A stretch of 64,000 nt of DNA from a virus, in the IMG/VR virus record IMGVR_UViG_3300033405_000009; one strand, given 5' to 3'. Under the pieces are notes generated by a model. That model saw nothing but the letters and a program-made list of their open reading frames with translations. It made no database searches and was not told the DNA's origin. Made by a program: the position numbers and the translations under genes. Positions 56,112-64,000 of this stretch are shown one piece after another (position 1 is the first letter of the stretch; each line of letters begins with the position of its first letter).

Positions 56112-56533
56112 GATTCCATCACGTCTTTGACGGCCTTCACCCGATCACGATACAAGGAATCGATGTCCACGCTGTAATCAATGTCGTAGCAGTCGGGCAA
56201 TTTAACCCAGAATCGCTGCTTCGTAACGGGCTTCCCGTTTTTCACCACCTTCCAGGTGATGCTATCGTAGTCGTCGCCGACTCGAAGCGCGGACTTACTG
56301 AAAGTCCGGATGTACACGCGATCGCATTCGAGCGTGGTGCCGATGGGAAGGGTGGCTCGGACTTTTTGCAATTCCTTGCCATATCCATAATCACACCGCT
56401 TCTTCTTCGGATCTGCCTTGATGAATTCTCGAGCAATCGCAAAATTGAGATTCCGATGTTCGAGGTAAAGGTCGAACGTCCAAGGAGCTACAAGATTAAG
56501 CCTGTCGCCGCATGCAGGAATGAACAGTTTCAC
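56108..56533 (-). CDS. hypothetical protein (C-term KDVMES)
   Basis: ORF 141 aa. Confidence 0.45.
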   Translation of the reverse strand: MKLFIPACGDRLNLVAPWTFDLYLEHRNLNFAIAREFIKADPKKKRCDYGYGKELQKVRATLPIGTTLECDRVYIRTFSKSALRVGDDYDSITWKVVKNGKPVTKQRFWVKLPDCYDIDYSVDIDSLYRDRVKAVKDVMES

Positions 56534-56542
56534 ACGAGCCTC

Positions 56543-56929
56543 CTATGATTCCATTACTCGGGATACGATGCAATTTGGGTGAAGACAGTTTTTAGTGTCA
56601 TCGTCATCCGACGCGAGCTTAAACTGAACATGCTCGTGAAAACAGGTATCAATGTTAAATGATTCGGGGTTGGCAATAATTAGAGCCCCGAGTTTCTCCA
56701 TGTCGCTCTTCACGATAAGCTCCATTGCTTGGAGCCGTACCCGATTCCCAACCGAGAAATTTTCCAGTCGGAATCGAGGTTTGTATTTGAAAGCCAGTCT
56801 CCCCATAGCGACATTCTTGGTAGGTCCAAGGTCTCGCAAAGCAGGTTTCTGTACGACGAAAGCAGCCCACCTTTCGTGGAGGGGTGCATTTGGCAGGAAC
56901 CTTAGCACAATTTCGGACGGCTCTACCAA
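56543..56929 (-). CDS. hypothetical protein (C-term SRVMES)
   Basis: ORF 128 aa. Confidence 0.45.
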   Translation of the reverse strand: MVEPSEIVLRFLPNAPLHERWAAFVVQKPALRDLGPTKNVAMGRLAFKYKPRFRLENFSVGNRVRLQAMELIVKSDMEKLGALIIANPESFNIDTCFHEHVQFKLASDDDDTKNCLHPNCIVSRVMES

Positions 56930-57156
56930 AACGTCAGCCCTCTTGAGCGTTTCTCACGCCTTGTAATCAGCCAATACACCAGATTCGCCACCTGACGGTC
57001 GCTCATCTGGTCCAGGTGTTTGAGTTGTAGCCAACGTGCGAAACGACGCAGATTCTCCGGCTTCGCTCTCCTGAGTTGCCGTCTGGTCAGACATGGACGG
57101 TGAAATCCGCTGCTGTCCATACCGGAGAGTACGCTCGGGATCGCAAGATCTACGCC

Positions 57157-57552
57157 CTAGGCGTTAAGGATCATTTCTACCAAAAGTTCCCGATATTCAT
57201 TCTCGGTGATGCTGTGCCAGGTATCCCAAGAGTGATACCTTCTGGCTTCGGCCGTCATCTCCTCATCACAGAATATACTCATGCAAACAGCTGCAGCCTT
57301 TTGCGGCGGTCCGTATACGTCGTATGGGTCCTGCTTCCAAAATAATCGAGCGGGACGTTTACAGATATCGCATCTGAAAGCGCGCATCTTTAAAAATACT
57401 CGTCGTTCCACCACCATGAAAAGTAGAGTTGCGGCTCCTGTGGTTCTGCCTCGACCCACGCGATCGGGTCGTCCATCTGGCGCTCCTGCTCCGCGGCCCA
57501 CGAGCAGCCCGGCTCGTGCACCGCGAGCGGCGCCACGCCACACCCGGGGCAC
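57157..57552 (-). CDS. hypothetical protein (C-term EMILNA)
   Basis: ORF 131 aa. Confidence 0.4.
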   Translation of the reverse strand: MPRVWRGAARGARAGLLVGRGAGAPDGRPDRVGRGRTTGAATLLFMVVERRVFLKMRAFRCDICKRPARLFWKQDPYDVYGPPQKAAAVCMSIFCDEEMTAEARRYHSWDTWHSITENEYRELLVEMILNA

Positions 57553-57588
57553 TCGGCGTCATCGGGCGTCGCAGGCTCGAGCTCCATC

Positions 57589-58044
57589 TCAAGAGTTCAA
57601 CACTTCAGAAACAGTCATTTGATCTACGAGTTCTTGGCAGAACGTCTGGGCTTCCAATGTCACGAGTTCCAACCAACTATGGTATTCCTCGGTCGCACGT
57701 ACCGTAGCACCCGTAAGTGTAGGCATGAAGATCGAAGATCTGGTGTCCTTAGGAACTTTCACGCGAGTGTCCGCGTTAGTGCGGGTGCTCTGGACAACTT
57801 TCACCATTTTGCCGATGGTGAAATCTCTCAACTTGAATCCTTCCGCATCGTACTTCAAAACCAAGATTTCATATTTCGGAATATAACGAGCCTCGAAATT
57901 CATCTTGGCAATGCGATACTCTTGAAATTCCGCGGCATGCCTCGGTGCGTCTGAATCTTTCGCAATCTTGAACCGGATTTGCTCCTCGCAGTTAAAGATT
58001 TGAACACATTGGATCTCTTCGGTCACCGCATACCGCTCAGCCAT
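57589..58044 (-). CDS. hypothetical protein (C-term SEVLNS)
   Basis: ORF 151 aa. Confidence 0.45.
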   Translation of the reverse strand: MAERYAVTEEIQCVQIFNCEEQIRFKIAKDSDAPRHAAEFQEYRIAKMNFEARYIPKYEILVLKYDAEGFKLRDFTIGKMVKVVQSTRTNADTRVKVPKDTRSSIFMPTLTGATVRATEEYHSWLELVTLEAQTFCQELVDQMTVSEVLNS

Positions 58045-58584
58045 TTAACACTCCATGATTTCATAGACGATAATTAGGTCGTGAACTTCATGAACGAGGT
58101 CTCGATAAGTATCACGAAAGCCCGGACGCTTCTTACAAAGCTTCAGCAAGAGATTCCCAAACTCGCAAGGCTGACGCCTGTCCTTGGACATTTTGACAAT
58201 ATTCCAGACCACGAAAGGGTCTACATCCGGGAGTTTGCGCAAGCAGGCCATTGCGTCTTGCGGTACAGAAGTGTGGCCGGTATCAACACAGAAACCTTCA
58301 CGAATAATCCGATTCGTGTCGTAATGCGCTGCTAGATGATCGGCTGCCACTGCGGCATCTCTATTGAGGAGATACTGACGAAGCACGTTTGAATGCTGTT
58401 GTCGAACGCGCTCCCTCAACCAATCCAGAGTCCACTTTGGACGCTGGCGCTCCAATTGAGCCTCACGTTTAAGCTGACTCATTGTTGACTCCACTTCGAG
58501 AAGTCCGCGAGCGATTCGTGAAGGACCTTTCCGAGTTCCTTCGCGGCGTGCTCGGCGTTCTCTTGTGTGAAGTTGACGAACCAA
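58045..58584 (-). CDS. hypothetical protein (C-term YEIMEC)
   Basis: ORF 179 aa. Confidence 0.45.
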   Translation of the reverse strand: MVRQLHTRERRARREGTRKGPSRIARGLLEVESTMSQLKREAQLERQRPKWTLDWLRERVRQQHSNVLRQYLLNRDAAVAADHLAAHYDTNRIIREGFCVDTGHTSVPQDAMACLRKLPDVDPFVVWNIVKMSKDRRQPCEFGNLLLKLCKKRPGFRDTYRDLVHEVHDLIIVYEIMEC

Positions 58585-58757
58585 TCCACGAAGATCATAT
58601 CGTTGTTCTTGCTGACGTCGGATTCCCAGAACAGAGATCCGTCCTCGTCCTCACTACCGAGGTACTCGTCGAAGAAGATTTCTTCTTGGTCCTCGGTCAG
58701 CGGGAACTCAGGGCTTTGGAACGTTTGCTTATCACGATATCGAAATTGGATCTTCAT
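58479..58757 (-). CDS. hypothetical acidic protein
   Basis: ORF 92 aa; 5' part overlaps downstream ORF start so true start uncertain. Confidence 0.35.
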   Translation of the reverse strand: MKIQFRYRDKQTFQSPEFPLTEDQEEIFFDEYLGSEDEDGSLFWESDVSKNNDMIFVDWFVNFTQENAEHAAKELGKVLHESLADFSKWSQQ

Positions 58758-58769
58758 GAAACCCTCGTT

Positions 58770-59519
58770 CTAGGTCTTCATCACGATTGCCACGTTCGCG
58801 AGATCCATGACGTCTTTGCAAAACGTCTGAATGAATCCATCCTCGATAAGCCAGTGGGGCAGATTCTCCCTTAGAGCTCGAACTCGATAAGGGACTTTCT
58901 TGTCGTTAACATCGCTGACAGAGAAGCGGATGATGTGGATTGCCAGAGTTTGGGCAATCATCTTATACGCCGAAATGGCGTTACCACTCGAAGGTTTTGC
59001 ATAGAGCTTGTGAACGGTGATTTTCTTCTTCGGCTCCCAATCGTGGAAGTCATGTACGAAGGTCATCTGTCCATTGCTCTTCATGCGGGCGTTTCCGACT
59101 CGGAGATGGAGAGGTTTCCAAGTCTCGTAATCCCCGCCTCGTCCGTTCTCGTCGTATCCGATACCAGGACAATGAACGACGATCTCCACTTCTTTGAAAA
59201 GTAGCCCTCCATGCTCTCCGTTGATGACTCTTTGAGTGTCAACACGGAGAGGCTCTCCATACCATGGAATATTGGCTCGGGTAACGATCACCTTCGGCTG
59301 GAAGACCCGAACGGTGGCTCGAAAATCATCATTTCTATCTCGACCCTCCGTCATGCATGGAATCTGCCGGAGACAAAAGCCTTTCGTCTTTAGATCTTCC
59401 AACGCCCGTTCGGCCATTCGTCCGAAACGAACCATCCGGCGTAGCTCACGGATAGCCATTTCAGCTTGGTACGGATTATCGTCGTTATCGACAACGAACG
59501 GGAAAGGAGCTTTCAGCAT
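58770..59519 (-). CDS. hypothetical protein (C-term AIVMKT)
   Basis: ORF 249 aa. Confidence 0.5.
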   Translation of the reverse strand: MLKAPFPFVVDNDDNPYQAEMAIRELRRMVRFGRMAERALEDLKTKGFCLRQIPCMTEGRDRNDDFRATVRVFQPKVIVTRANIPWYGEPLRVDTQRVINGEHGGLLFKEVEIVVHCPGIGYDENGRGGDYETWKPLHLRVGNARMKSNGQMTFVHDFHDWEPKKKITVHKLYAKPSSGNAISAYKMIAQTLAIHIIRFSVSDVNDKKVPYRVRALRENLPHWLIEDGFIQTFCKDVMDLANVAIVMKT

Positions 59520-60017
59520 TTAGCTCTCCAACACCGTCTGAACAGTATGCTCGTCGATAGCGTCTTCCATGATCACACGCCAATCATCAGGCGACATATC
59601 TTGCGCATTCGATTGGCCCATGAATCGCCGGAGTTGCTTCTTAAAATGATCTCGCATGCGAATGCGACTCGGGTCTTCCCCAAGAGATGACACCACTTCA
59701 ACAAAATCGACCAACCCGCGTTGATGCATTACTGCCGGGTGCGGAGGAGAGCGCCAAGAAGGCACTTTCGGATGACTTGGCTGCATTTCCCAACGGGAAA
59801 GATTAGCGAACTCGTCCTTGTGTTCAATGCATACACCGAACGTATCGCCCTCAACCACTAGATTACGTCGAATGGGTTGAGAATAATGGACACGATAAAA
59901 AGCGACGGCCTTTTTGCCGCAACCGCGCTGCTGGGCTCGGTCTACCATTTCGATAGCACCAGCGCTATGCTGTTTGACCTTCTTGATCTGCCACACCATG
60001 CAAGCGCAGGGAATCAC
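59520..60017 (-). CDS. hypothetical protein (C-term QTVLES)
   Basis: ORF 165 aa. Confidence 0.5.
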   Translation of the reverse strand: MIPCACMVWQIKKVKQHSAGAIEMVDRAQQRGCGKKAVAFYRVHYSQPIRRNLVVEGDTFGVCIEHKDEFANLSRWEMQPSHPKVPSWRSPPHPAVMHQRGLVDFVEVVSSLGEDPSRIRMRDHFKKQLRRFMGQSNAQDMSPDDWRVIMEDAIDEHTVQTVLES

Positions 60018-60092
60018 GAGTGGGACCTCCGATCTCGGATACGCACGAGCCCGCAGAATTTAGCGGGCTCGACTTGGTTATGTGCGAGGCAA

Positions 60093-60359
60093 CTAGGGCC
60101 GTGGAAGCCTGATGAGCAAGTTCAATAGGTCATGATCCATACGAGCGTTCTCCAATAGCTCAAGCTCCTTGAGGATATTGGCTCCCACGTTAGCTTGAAT
60201 GTTTTGCTGGCCGACGTCGAGCTTATCGCCTTGGAGGTCAGTTGCGAACCATCCAAAGGATGGTTCCTTAAGAGCTGCTTCGAGTTGACCTGTCAGCTGC
60301 GCGAAGATGCGGCGCCTGGCATTCTCCACCGTGTAGTTATCTGTTCTGGTTGCCATCAT
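60093..60359 (-). CDS. hypothetical protein
   Basis: ORF 88 aa. Confidence 0.4.
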   Translation of the reverse strand: MMATRTDNYTVENARRRIFAQLTGQLEAALKEPSFGWFATDLQGDKLDVGQQNIQANVGANILKELELLENARMDHDLLNLLIRLPRP

Positions 60360-60760
60360 TCCTCCATGATCTGCTTGATTGGGATCTCGATGATTCGTTG
60401 ACGAATGCGTTCTTTGATTTCCTCCAGCGGACCGAAGAAGATGCGGAGTCCAACCCCATCGCTCGTATACCAGATATCACGTCCCGCGGCTTCCACAGCG
60501 ATCATAGCTCCGATTTCGAGGATCTCCGCCCACTGACCAGGATCCATTTTGGACTCTTCCGGAGCGTAAAGGTAGTCGAAATCCGTGAGTCCATCTTCGC
60601 GGAAATTGTCATCCGCTTCCCCTGGATGAGCACATAGCCCGTTGTCGTCCCGAGTCACGATATACTGCTTGATGAGTTCATTCAATTCCGCATCGCTTCG
60701 AAGCTTCACGTCAATCCTCCATGATCTGGTAAACGATCGCTTCGTCGTGCGACATCTCAA
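60356..60760 (-). CDS. hypothetical protein
   Basis: ORF 134 aa. Confidence 0.45.
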   Translation of the reverse strand: MRCRTTKRSFTRSWRIDVKLRSDAELNELIKQYIVTRDDNGLCAHPGEADDNFREDGLTDFDYLYAPEESKMDPGQWAEILEIGAMIAVEAAGRDIWYTSDGVGLRIFFGPLEEIKERIRQRIIEIPIKQIMEE

Positions 60761-60923
60761 TCATGTTGATGTTGAAATTAACCCGCCGAGTCTTAGTGCA
60801 CGGTTCGCAATATCGCCAAACCAATCCGCGGTCAGACGATTCTGGTGACTTTAGCCTAAAGAAATGAGTTGCAGTATGGAGACAGCCTTCGCTTTTGAAG
60901 CCACCTCTATTGATGCAATTCAT
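60711..60923 (-). CDS. hypothetical protein (C-term YQIMED)
   Basis: ORF 70 aa. Confidence 0.4.
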   Translation of the reverse strand: MNCINRGGFKSEGCLHTATHFFRLKSPESSDRGLVWRYCEPCTKTRRVNFNINMIEMSHDEAIVYQIMED

Positions 60924-61162
60924 CCGACCACCGTGACTTGGAACTCCTTCCCACTGCGGGTTCGGATAACGAATCCCGCATTCTCGGTGAGAACACCGGC
61001 CTCTGCGAAGGAGCGAACGGTGCAGCGCTTGGGGAAGACTTCCAAGGCGTCCAAACAGCTCGTGTCCACCTCTTCTTGATCGTCCGCGTCCTTGGCGACC
61101 AGGAGCCCCGTAAGAACGGTTTGAAGAGTCTCTGCCACGGTCTTATCAGTCAATCCAGCCAT
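60920..61162 (-). CDS. hypothetical protein
   Basis: ORF 80 aa. Confidence 0.4.
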   Translation of the reverse strand: MAGLTDKTVAETLQTVLTGLLVAKDADDQEEVDTSCLDALEVFPKRCTVRSFAEAGVLTENAGFVIRTRSGKEFQVTVVG

Positions 61163-61207
61163 TGGTGCCTCCGATCTGAATACGCGAGCGAATGCGAGAT
61201 CTGCGCC

Positions 61208-61438
61208 TCACGATTCCATGATTTGCCAAACGATATATTCACCGTAAGAAATTCGTTCGACATTCATCGGTAAATGTTGGTTGGCGAATGAATGTCCCCA
61301 ACAGAATGCACGCGGGCGACCATGTTCAAGATAGAAGAAATCAGCTTTCTTGCTACATTGATAGAAGCCTGTAGACTCTGGTGAGCGCTTCTCGTCGTAG
61401 GAATCGCACGGGAATCTTATCATGGGAGTCCAACTCAT
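61208..61438 (-). CDS. hypothetical protein (C-term WQIMES)
   Basis: ORF 76 aa. Confidence 0.4.
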   Translation of the reverse strand: MSWTPMIRFPCDSYDEKRSPESTGFYQCSKKADFFYLEHGRPRAFCWGHSFANQHLPMNVERISYGEYIVWQIMES

Positions 61439-61914
61439 GACTCCATGATTTCCTTGACCATTTCAATGGGATGAGGCCAGATAATCCCTCGATTAGCCCA
61501 TTCCCAGCCAGCTTTCTTGGCGTCTGCTAGATCCCAATCGGCTCCGCGCCAGTTCTCCCGATCGTGTTCGTAATTGCGTGATTGCTTGAGAATCAAATCA
61601 AACGTCTGCCCATCATTGTGAGCATTCGGATAAATTTCAGCGTAACGAGTGTGAGTTCCGTCTACGCTTTTCCACGAAAATCCACCTCGCGGCTTGTCAC
61701 CTTCGCTGAAGGACCCTTCCCGAGCCATGAGTTCTCTCTCAAACTCCAGTTGGACTTGACGCTCCGACATGAAGCGCTCTGCATCCAACACTAGCTGCAA
61801 GAGCCGTCCAGGAATGAAGTTCTCAGGGCAGTCCGATTTGGCTCCCTCAGCCGCCATTCGTGCAATCTCTTGCAGTCGATGTTGGATCGCCTTGAGTTTT
61901 TGATCGGATCGCAT
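61435..61914 (-). CDS. hypothetical protein (C-term KEIMES)
   Basis: ORF 159 aa. Confidence 0.5.
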   Translation of the reverse strand: MRSDQKLKAIQHRLQEIARMAAEGAKSDCPENFIPGRLLQLVLDAERFMSERQVQLEFERELMAREGSFSEGDKPRGGFSWKSVDGTHTRYAEIYPNAHNDGQTFDLILKQSRNYEHDRENWRGADWDLADAKKAGWEWANRGIIWPHPIEMVKEIMES

Positions 61915-61958
61915 ATAATTAGTACGCGCGTGTCAGGTTCATTTATCCGACACTTCGC

Positions 61959-62198
61959 CTATGATTCCATGATTTGGAAGATCTCGAATTCGTCCGCTGA
62001 AATTTCTGCGCGGAACCATTTATTCAGTTTGTGTTTCGGAATGAGAACTTTTGCGCATTCCTCGCAGTATGCGAGAGCGATGTCTGTTATCCCATTATCA
62101 GTTCGAATCACGATGAACCTGGTCGCAACACTCGTGGCGCTGCGACACAAGTTCTGATCGGGTTTGCTGAGACAGCAACGTCTCATCAGCCGGGCCAT
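61959..62198 (-). CDS. hypothetical protein (C-term FQIMES)
   Basis: ORF 79 aa. Confidence 0.4.
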   Translation of the reverse strand: MARLMRRCCLSKPDQNLCRSATSVATRFIVIRTDNGITDIALAYCEECAKVLIPKHKLNKWFRAEISADEFEIFQIMES

Positions 62199-62743
62199 CT
62201 ACCTGAATTCAAATACTCGCACAACACCCAGGCATGGCTCATAGGCCCGTTCCTATCAATCCCGCGTCCCGTATCATGATCTCGCAGGAACACCGGGCCG
62301 GGGTGCTGCTTGGCTTTTTCGACCCAGCCTTTAACTTCCTCGTCCTGGAGCCAATGTTCCACCAAGCGTCGGAATGCAGGGACATAAATAGCCCTTCGGG
62401 CACCGCCGGGGCTGGTGATCAAAGGGATTCCTTCTCCCCGCCAAGCCCCGATCGGACGCTTCGCCTTCCCCCGACGCCAGTCTCCCATGAGAGTGAGCTC
62501 GTCTGGACGCCCTCCAAACTTGAAGATCTTGCACCCTTGCCAAAGGCATTCGACTGAAACAGCATCCACCCCTTCGTAATGATGATCGATCGCTTGGTTG
62601 GTCGGGTTACTCCAAACCCAACTCTCGAACGATCCCTTGTCTGCGGTGTCGTTGCCGCCGCACGTTGAAATTACGAGCGCTGAAGAATCCGAGATCCTGA
62701 CCCTCATCCCAACGGCTGTAAACTTACCCATCGAAACAATCAT
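62186..62743 (-). CDS. hypothetical protein
   Basis: ORF 185 aa. Confidence 0.5.
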   Translation of the reverse strand: MIVSMGKFTAVGMRVRISDSSALVISTCGGNDTADKGSFESWVWSNPTNQAIDHHYEGVDAVSVECLWQGCKIFKFGGRPDELTLMGDWRRGKAKRPIGAWRGEGIPLITSPGGARRAIYVPAFRRLVEHWLQDEEVKGWVEKAKQHPGPVFLRDHDTGRGIDRNGPMSHAWVLCEYLNSGRWPG

Positions 62744-62798
62744 CGCGTCACCTCCGATCGCTAATACTGCGCGGATCGTCGAATTTGCGGCGCGCGAA

Positions 62799-63116
62799 CT
62801 AACTTTCGAGGACGTCTTGCACTACGACTTCGGGGAAATGACTGAGGATGTACTCCTCCACTGCTTTCGGATCACGAATCACATATGTGTCCGAATTGCT
62901 AGATCCGTGATCGAAGGACGCCAACCAGAAAGTTTGGTCAGGCACTACATCGCATAGAGCCGATGTATATCCGATTCTCTGCCTTTGCTCACCAGCTGAA
63001 AACCACTTCTGGAGTGAAGGCATCTGACGCAGGTACTCGAGACATTCTTTCTTATTGCGAGCACTCTTGTATGCGGTTTGGAGGAAATTACTAATCCGGG
63101 TTGCATACTCAATCAT
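62799..63116 (-). CDS. hypothetical protein (C-term QDVLES)
   Basis: ORF 105 aa. Confidence 0.45.
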   Translation of the reverse strand: MIEYATRISNFLQTAYKSARNKKECLEYLRQMPSLQKWFSAGEQRQRIGYTSALCDVVPDQTFWLASFDHGSSNSDTYVIRDPKAVEEYILSHFPEVVVQDVLES

Positions 63117-63455
63117 TTAGCTCTCCATGATATCTTCGACGATTCCGAGAGATACTTTCTCGATAGCATCCTCTGTATCTTGACGCATCTTAGTTACGAG
63201 AAGATTGGCGTCCCGAGTAGCCGCGCGAGCGATGAGAGCTGACGGGAAGCAGGTGTTCGTAAACCCGCAAAACGCGCACGTTGCCAAGAAACTGGGCGGC
63301 ATCGTGTGCTGTTCCTTGAACTCGCTTGCATCGCCTTCATTCGTCGCACGACATGAAGTGCACTTGAACTGAATGGGTGGTGCTTTGACAACTCTCATCA
63401 GTAGAGGTCCTCGTGCGTCCCGATCTCGTCCGAAGCGCCACGCGCGTTGCACCAC
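63117..63455 (-). CDS. zinc-ribbon protein (C-term EDIMES)
   Basis: CTSCRATN...CAFCGFTN. Confidence 0.45.
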   Translation of the reverse strand: MVQRAWRFGRDRDARGPLLMRVVKAPPIQFKCTSCRATNEGDASEFKEQHTMPPSFLATCAFCGFTNTCFPSALIARAATRDANLLVTKMRQDTEDAIEKVSLGIVEDIMES

Positions 63456-63685
63456 TCCTTCACGAAATCCGAGATCTTGTCAACGGTGAAGTTGAAGATC
63501 GCGAATCCGGTATGCTGCCGCGAGACCAAGGCCATGAAGCCGGGTGGGTCGACACTCGGTTCCTCAAGCAAGAATTCCAACCCTCGAGAGCCGAACTTCT
63601 TTTCGAGTGCGTCTCGCAGAGCACGGAGTTCGAACTTTTCCACCTCTTCCGCGTTCTCTGCCACGACATGTTTACGGTCGATCAT
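63398..63685 (-). CDS. hypothetical protein
   Basis: ORF 95 aa; start ATG overlaps upstream stop (ATGA). Confidence 0.4.
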   Translation of the reverse strand: MIDRKHVVAENAEEVEKFELRALRDALEKKFGSRGLEFLLEEPSVDPPGFMALVSRQHTGFAIFNFTVDKISDFVKEWCNARGASDEIGTHEDLY

Positions 63686-63966
63686 GACTCCATCACTTCC
63701 GAGACGGTCAATTCATTGACAGCTTCTTCGACGTCCACAACCGTCATCTCCCGAGCAATCTTCTTGTGGGAACGCACAAACTTGAGGAGATCTTCAACAA
63801 CCTCCCATTTCTCGTTCAAATGTTGGATGATGCGGAAGATCTCGACAGCGGACAATCCTCCGAAAGAGCGACTTCGACCTCCTTTGCGGTAACCCGTAGA
63901 ACCCTTCTCTTTGAAGAAGTCCACCAGGGCTTTCGTCCTGGCGTGCTCTCTCTTCTCTCGATTCAT
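63682..63966 (-). CDS. hypothetical protein (C-term SEVMES)
   Basis: ORF 94 aa. Confidence 0.4.
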   Translation of the reverse strand: MNREKREHARTKALVDFFKEKGSTGYRKGGRSRSFGGLSAVEIFRIIQHLNEKWEVVEDLLKFVRSHKKIAREMTVVDVEEAVNELTVSEVMES

Positions 63967-64000
63967 CCCCAGGACCCACGACGGAATGGTCCACGGAACA

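Overview
This window is a coding-dense, phage-like segment, apparently from a very large (jumbo or mega) bacteriophage, and it has three parts.

(1) Positions 1-6.8 kb carry structural or adsorption-type genes. These include a collagen-like Gly-X-Y repeat protein, a 554-aa Ser/Thr/Gly-rich fibre-like protein, and a HAD-family hydrolase.

(2) Positions 5.9-26.1 kb form a tRNA array of about 53 minus-strand tRNA genes. Nearly all isoacceptor families are present: Ser x4, Leu x5-6, Val x3, Arg x5-6, Gly x3, Ala x3, Pro x3, Thr x3, Lys x2, Gln x2, Glu x2, Asp x2, CAU x3, Ile, Cys, Trp, Phe, Asn, Tyr. Interspersed are seven HNH homing endonucleases, a dual-specificity phosphatase-like gene, a bacterial-type EF-Tu, an FGE-like protein, an Endo VII-like resolvase, and several long tRNA-like ncRNAs.

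(3) Positions 26-64 kb are a tightly packed block of about 90 mostly small genes. They are translationally coupled through ATGA and TGATG stop/start overlaps. The recognisable products are RtcB RNA ligase, an ATP-dependent DNA ligase, a 5'-nucleotidase-like HAD enzyme, a DUF4326 protein, a nucleoside-hydrolase-like protein, and an 852-aa homologue of the eukaryotic major vault protein (MVP).

The most unusual signals are listed here.
- The MVP homologue sits in a phage context.
- The C-terminal tetrapeptide [V/I]-M-E-S, with the stop codon immediately after, recurs on roughly 50 otherwise unrelated small ORFs on both strands.
- There is a family of four roughly 135-nt tRNA-like RNAs sharing a conserved 60-nt insert.
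- A 266-nt element is closed by a tRNA acceptor and T-arm.
- A GC-rich EF-Tu plus HNH cassette is bracketed by duplicated tRNA-Asp genes.
- Large antisense ORFs opposite the GC-rich genes are judged spurious.

All coordinates for tRNAs are hand-parsed and approximate, within a few nt.
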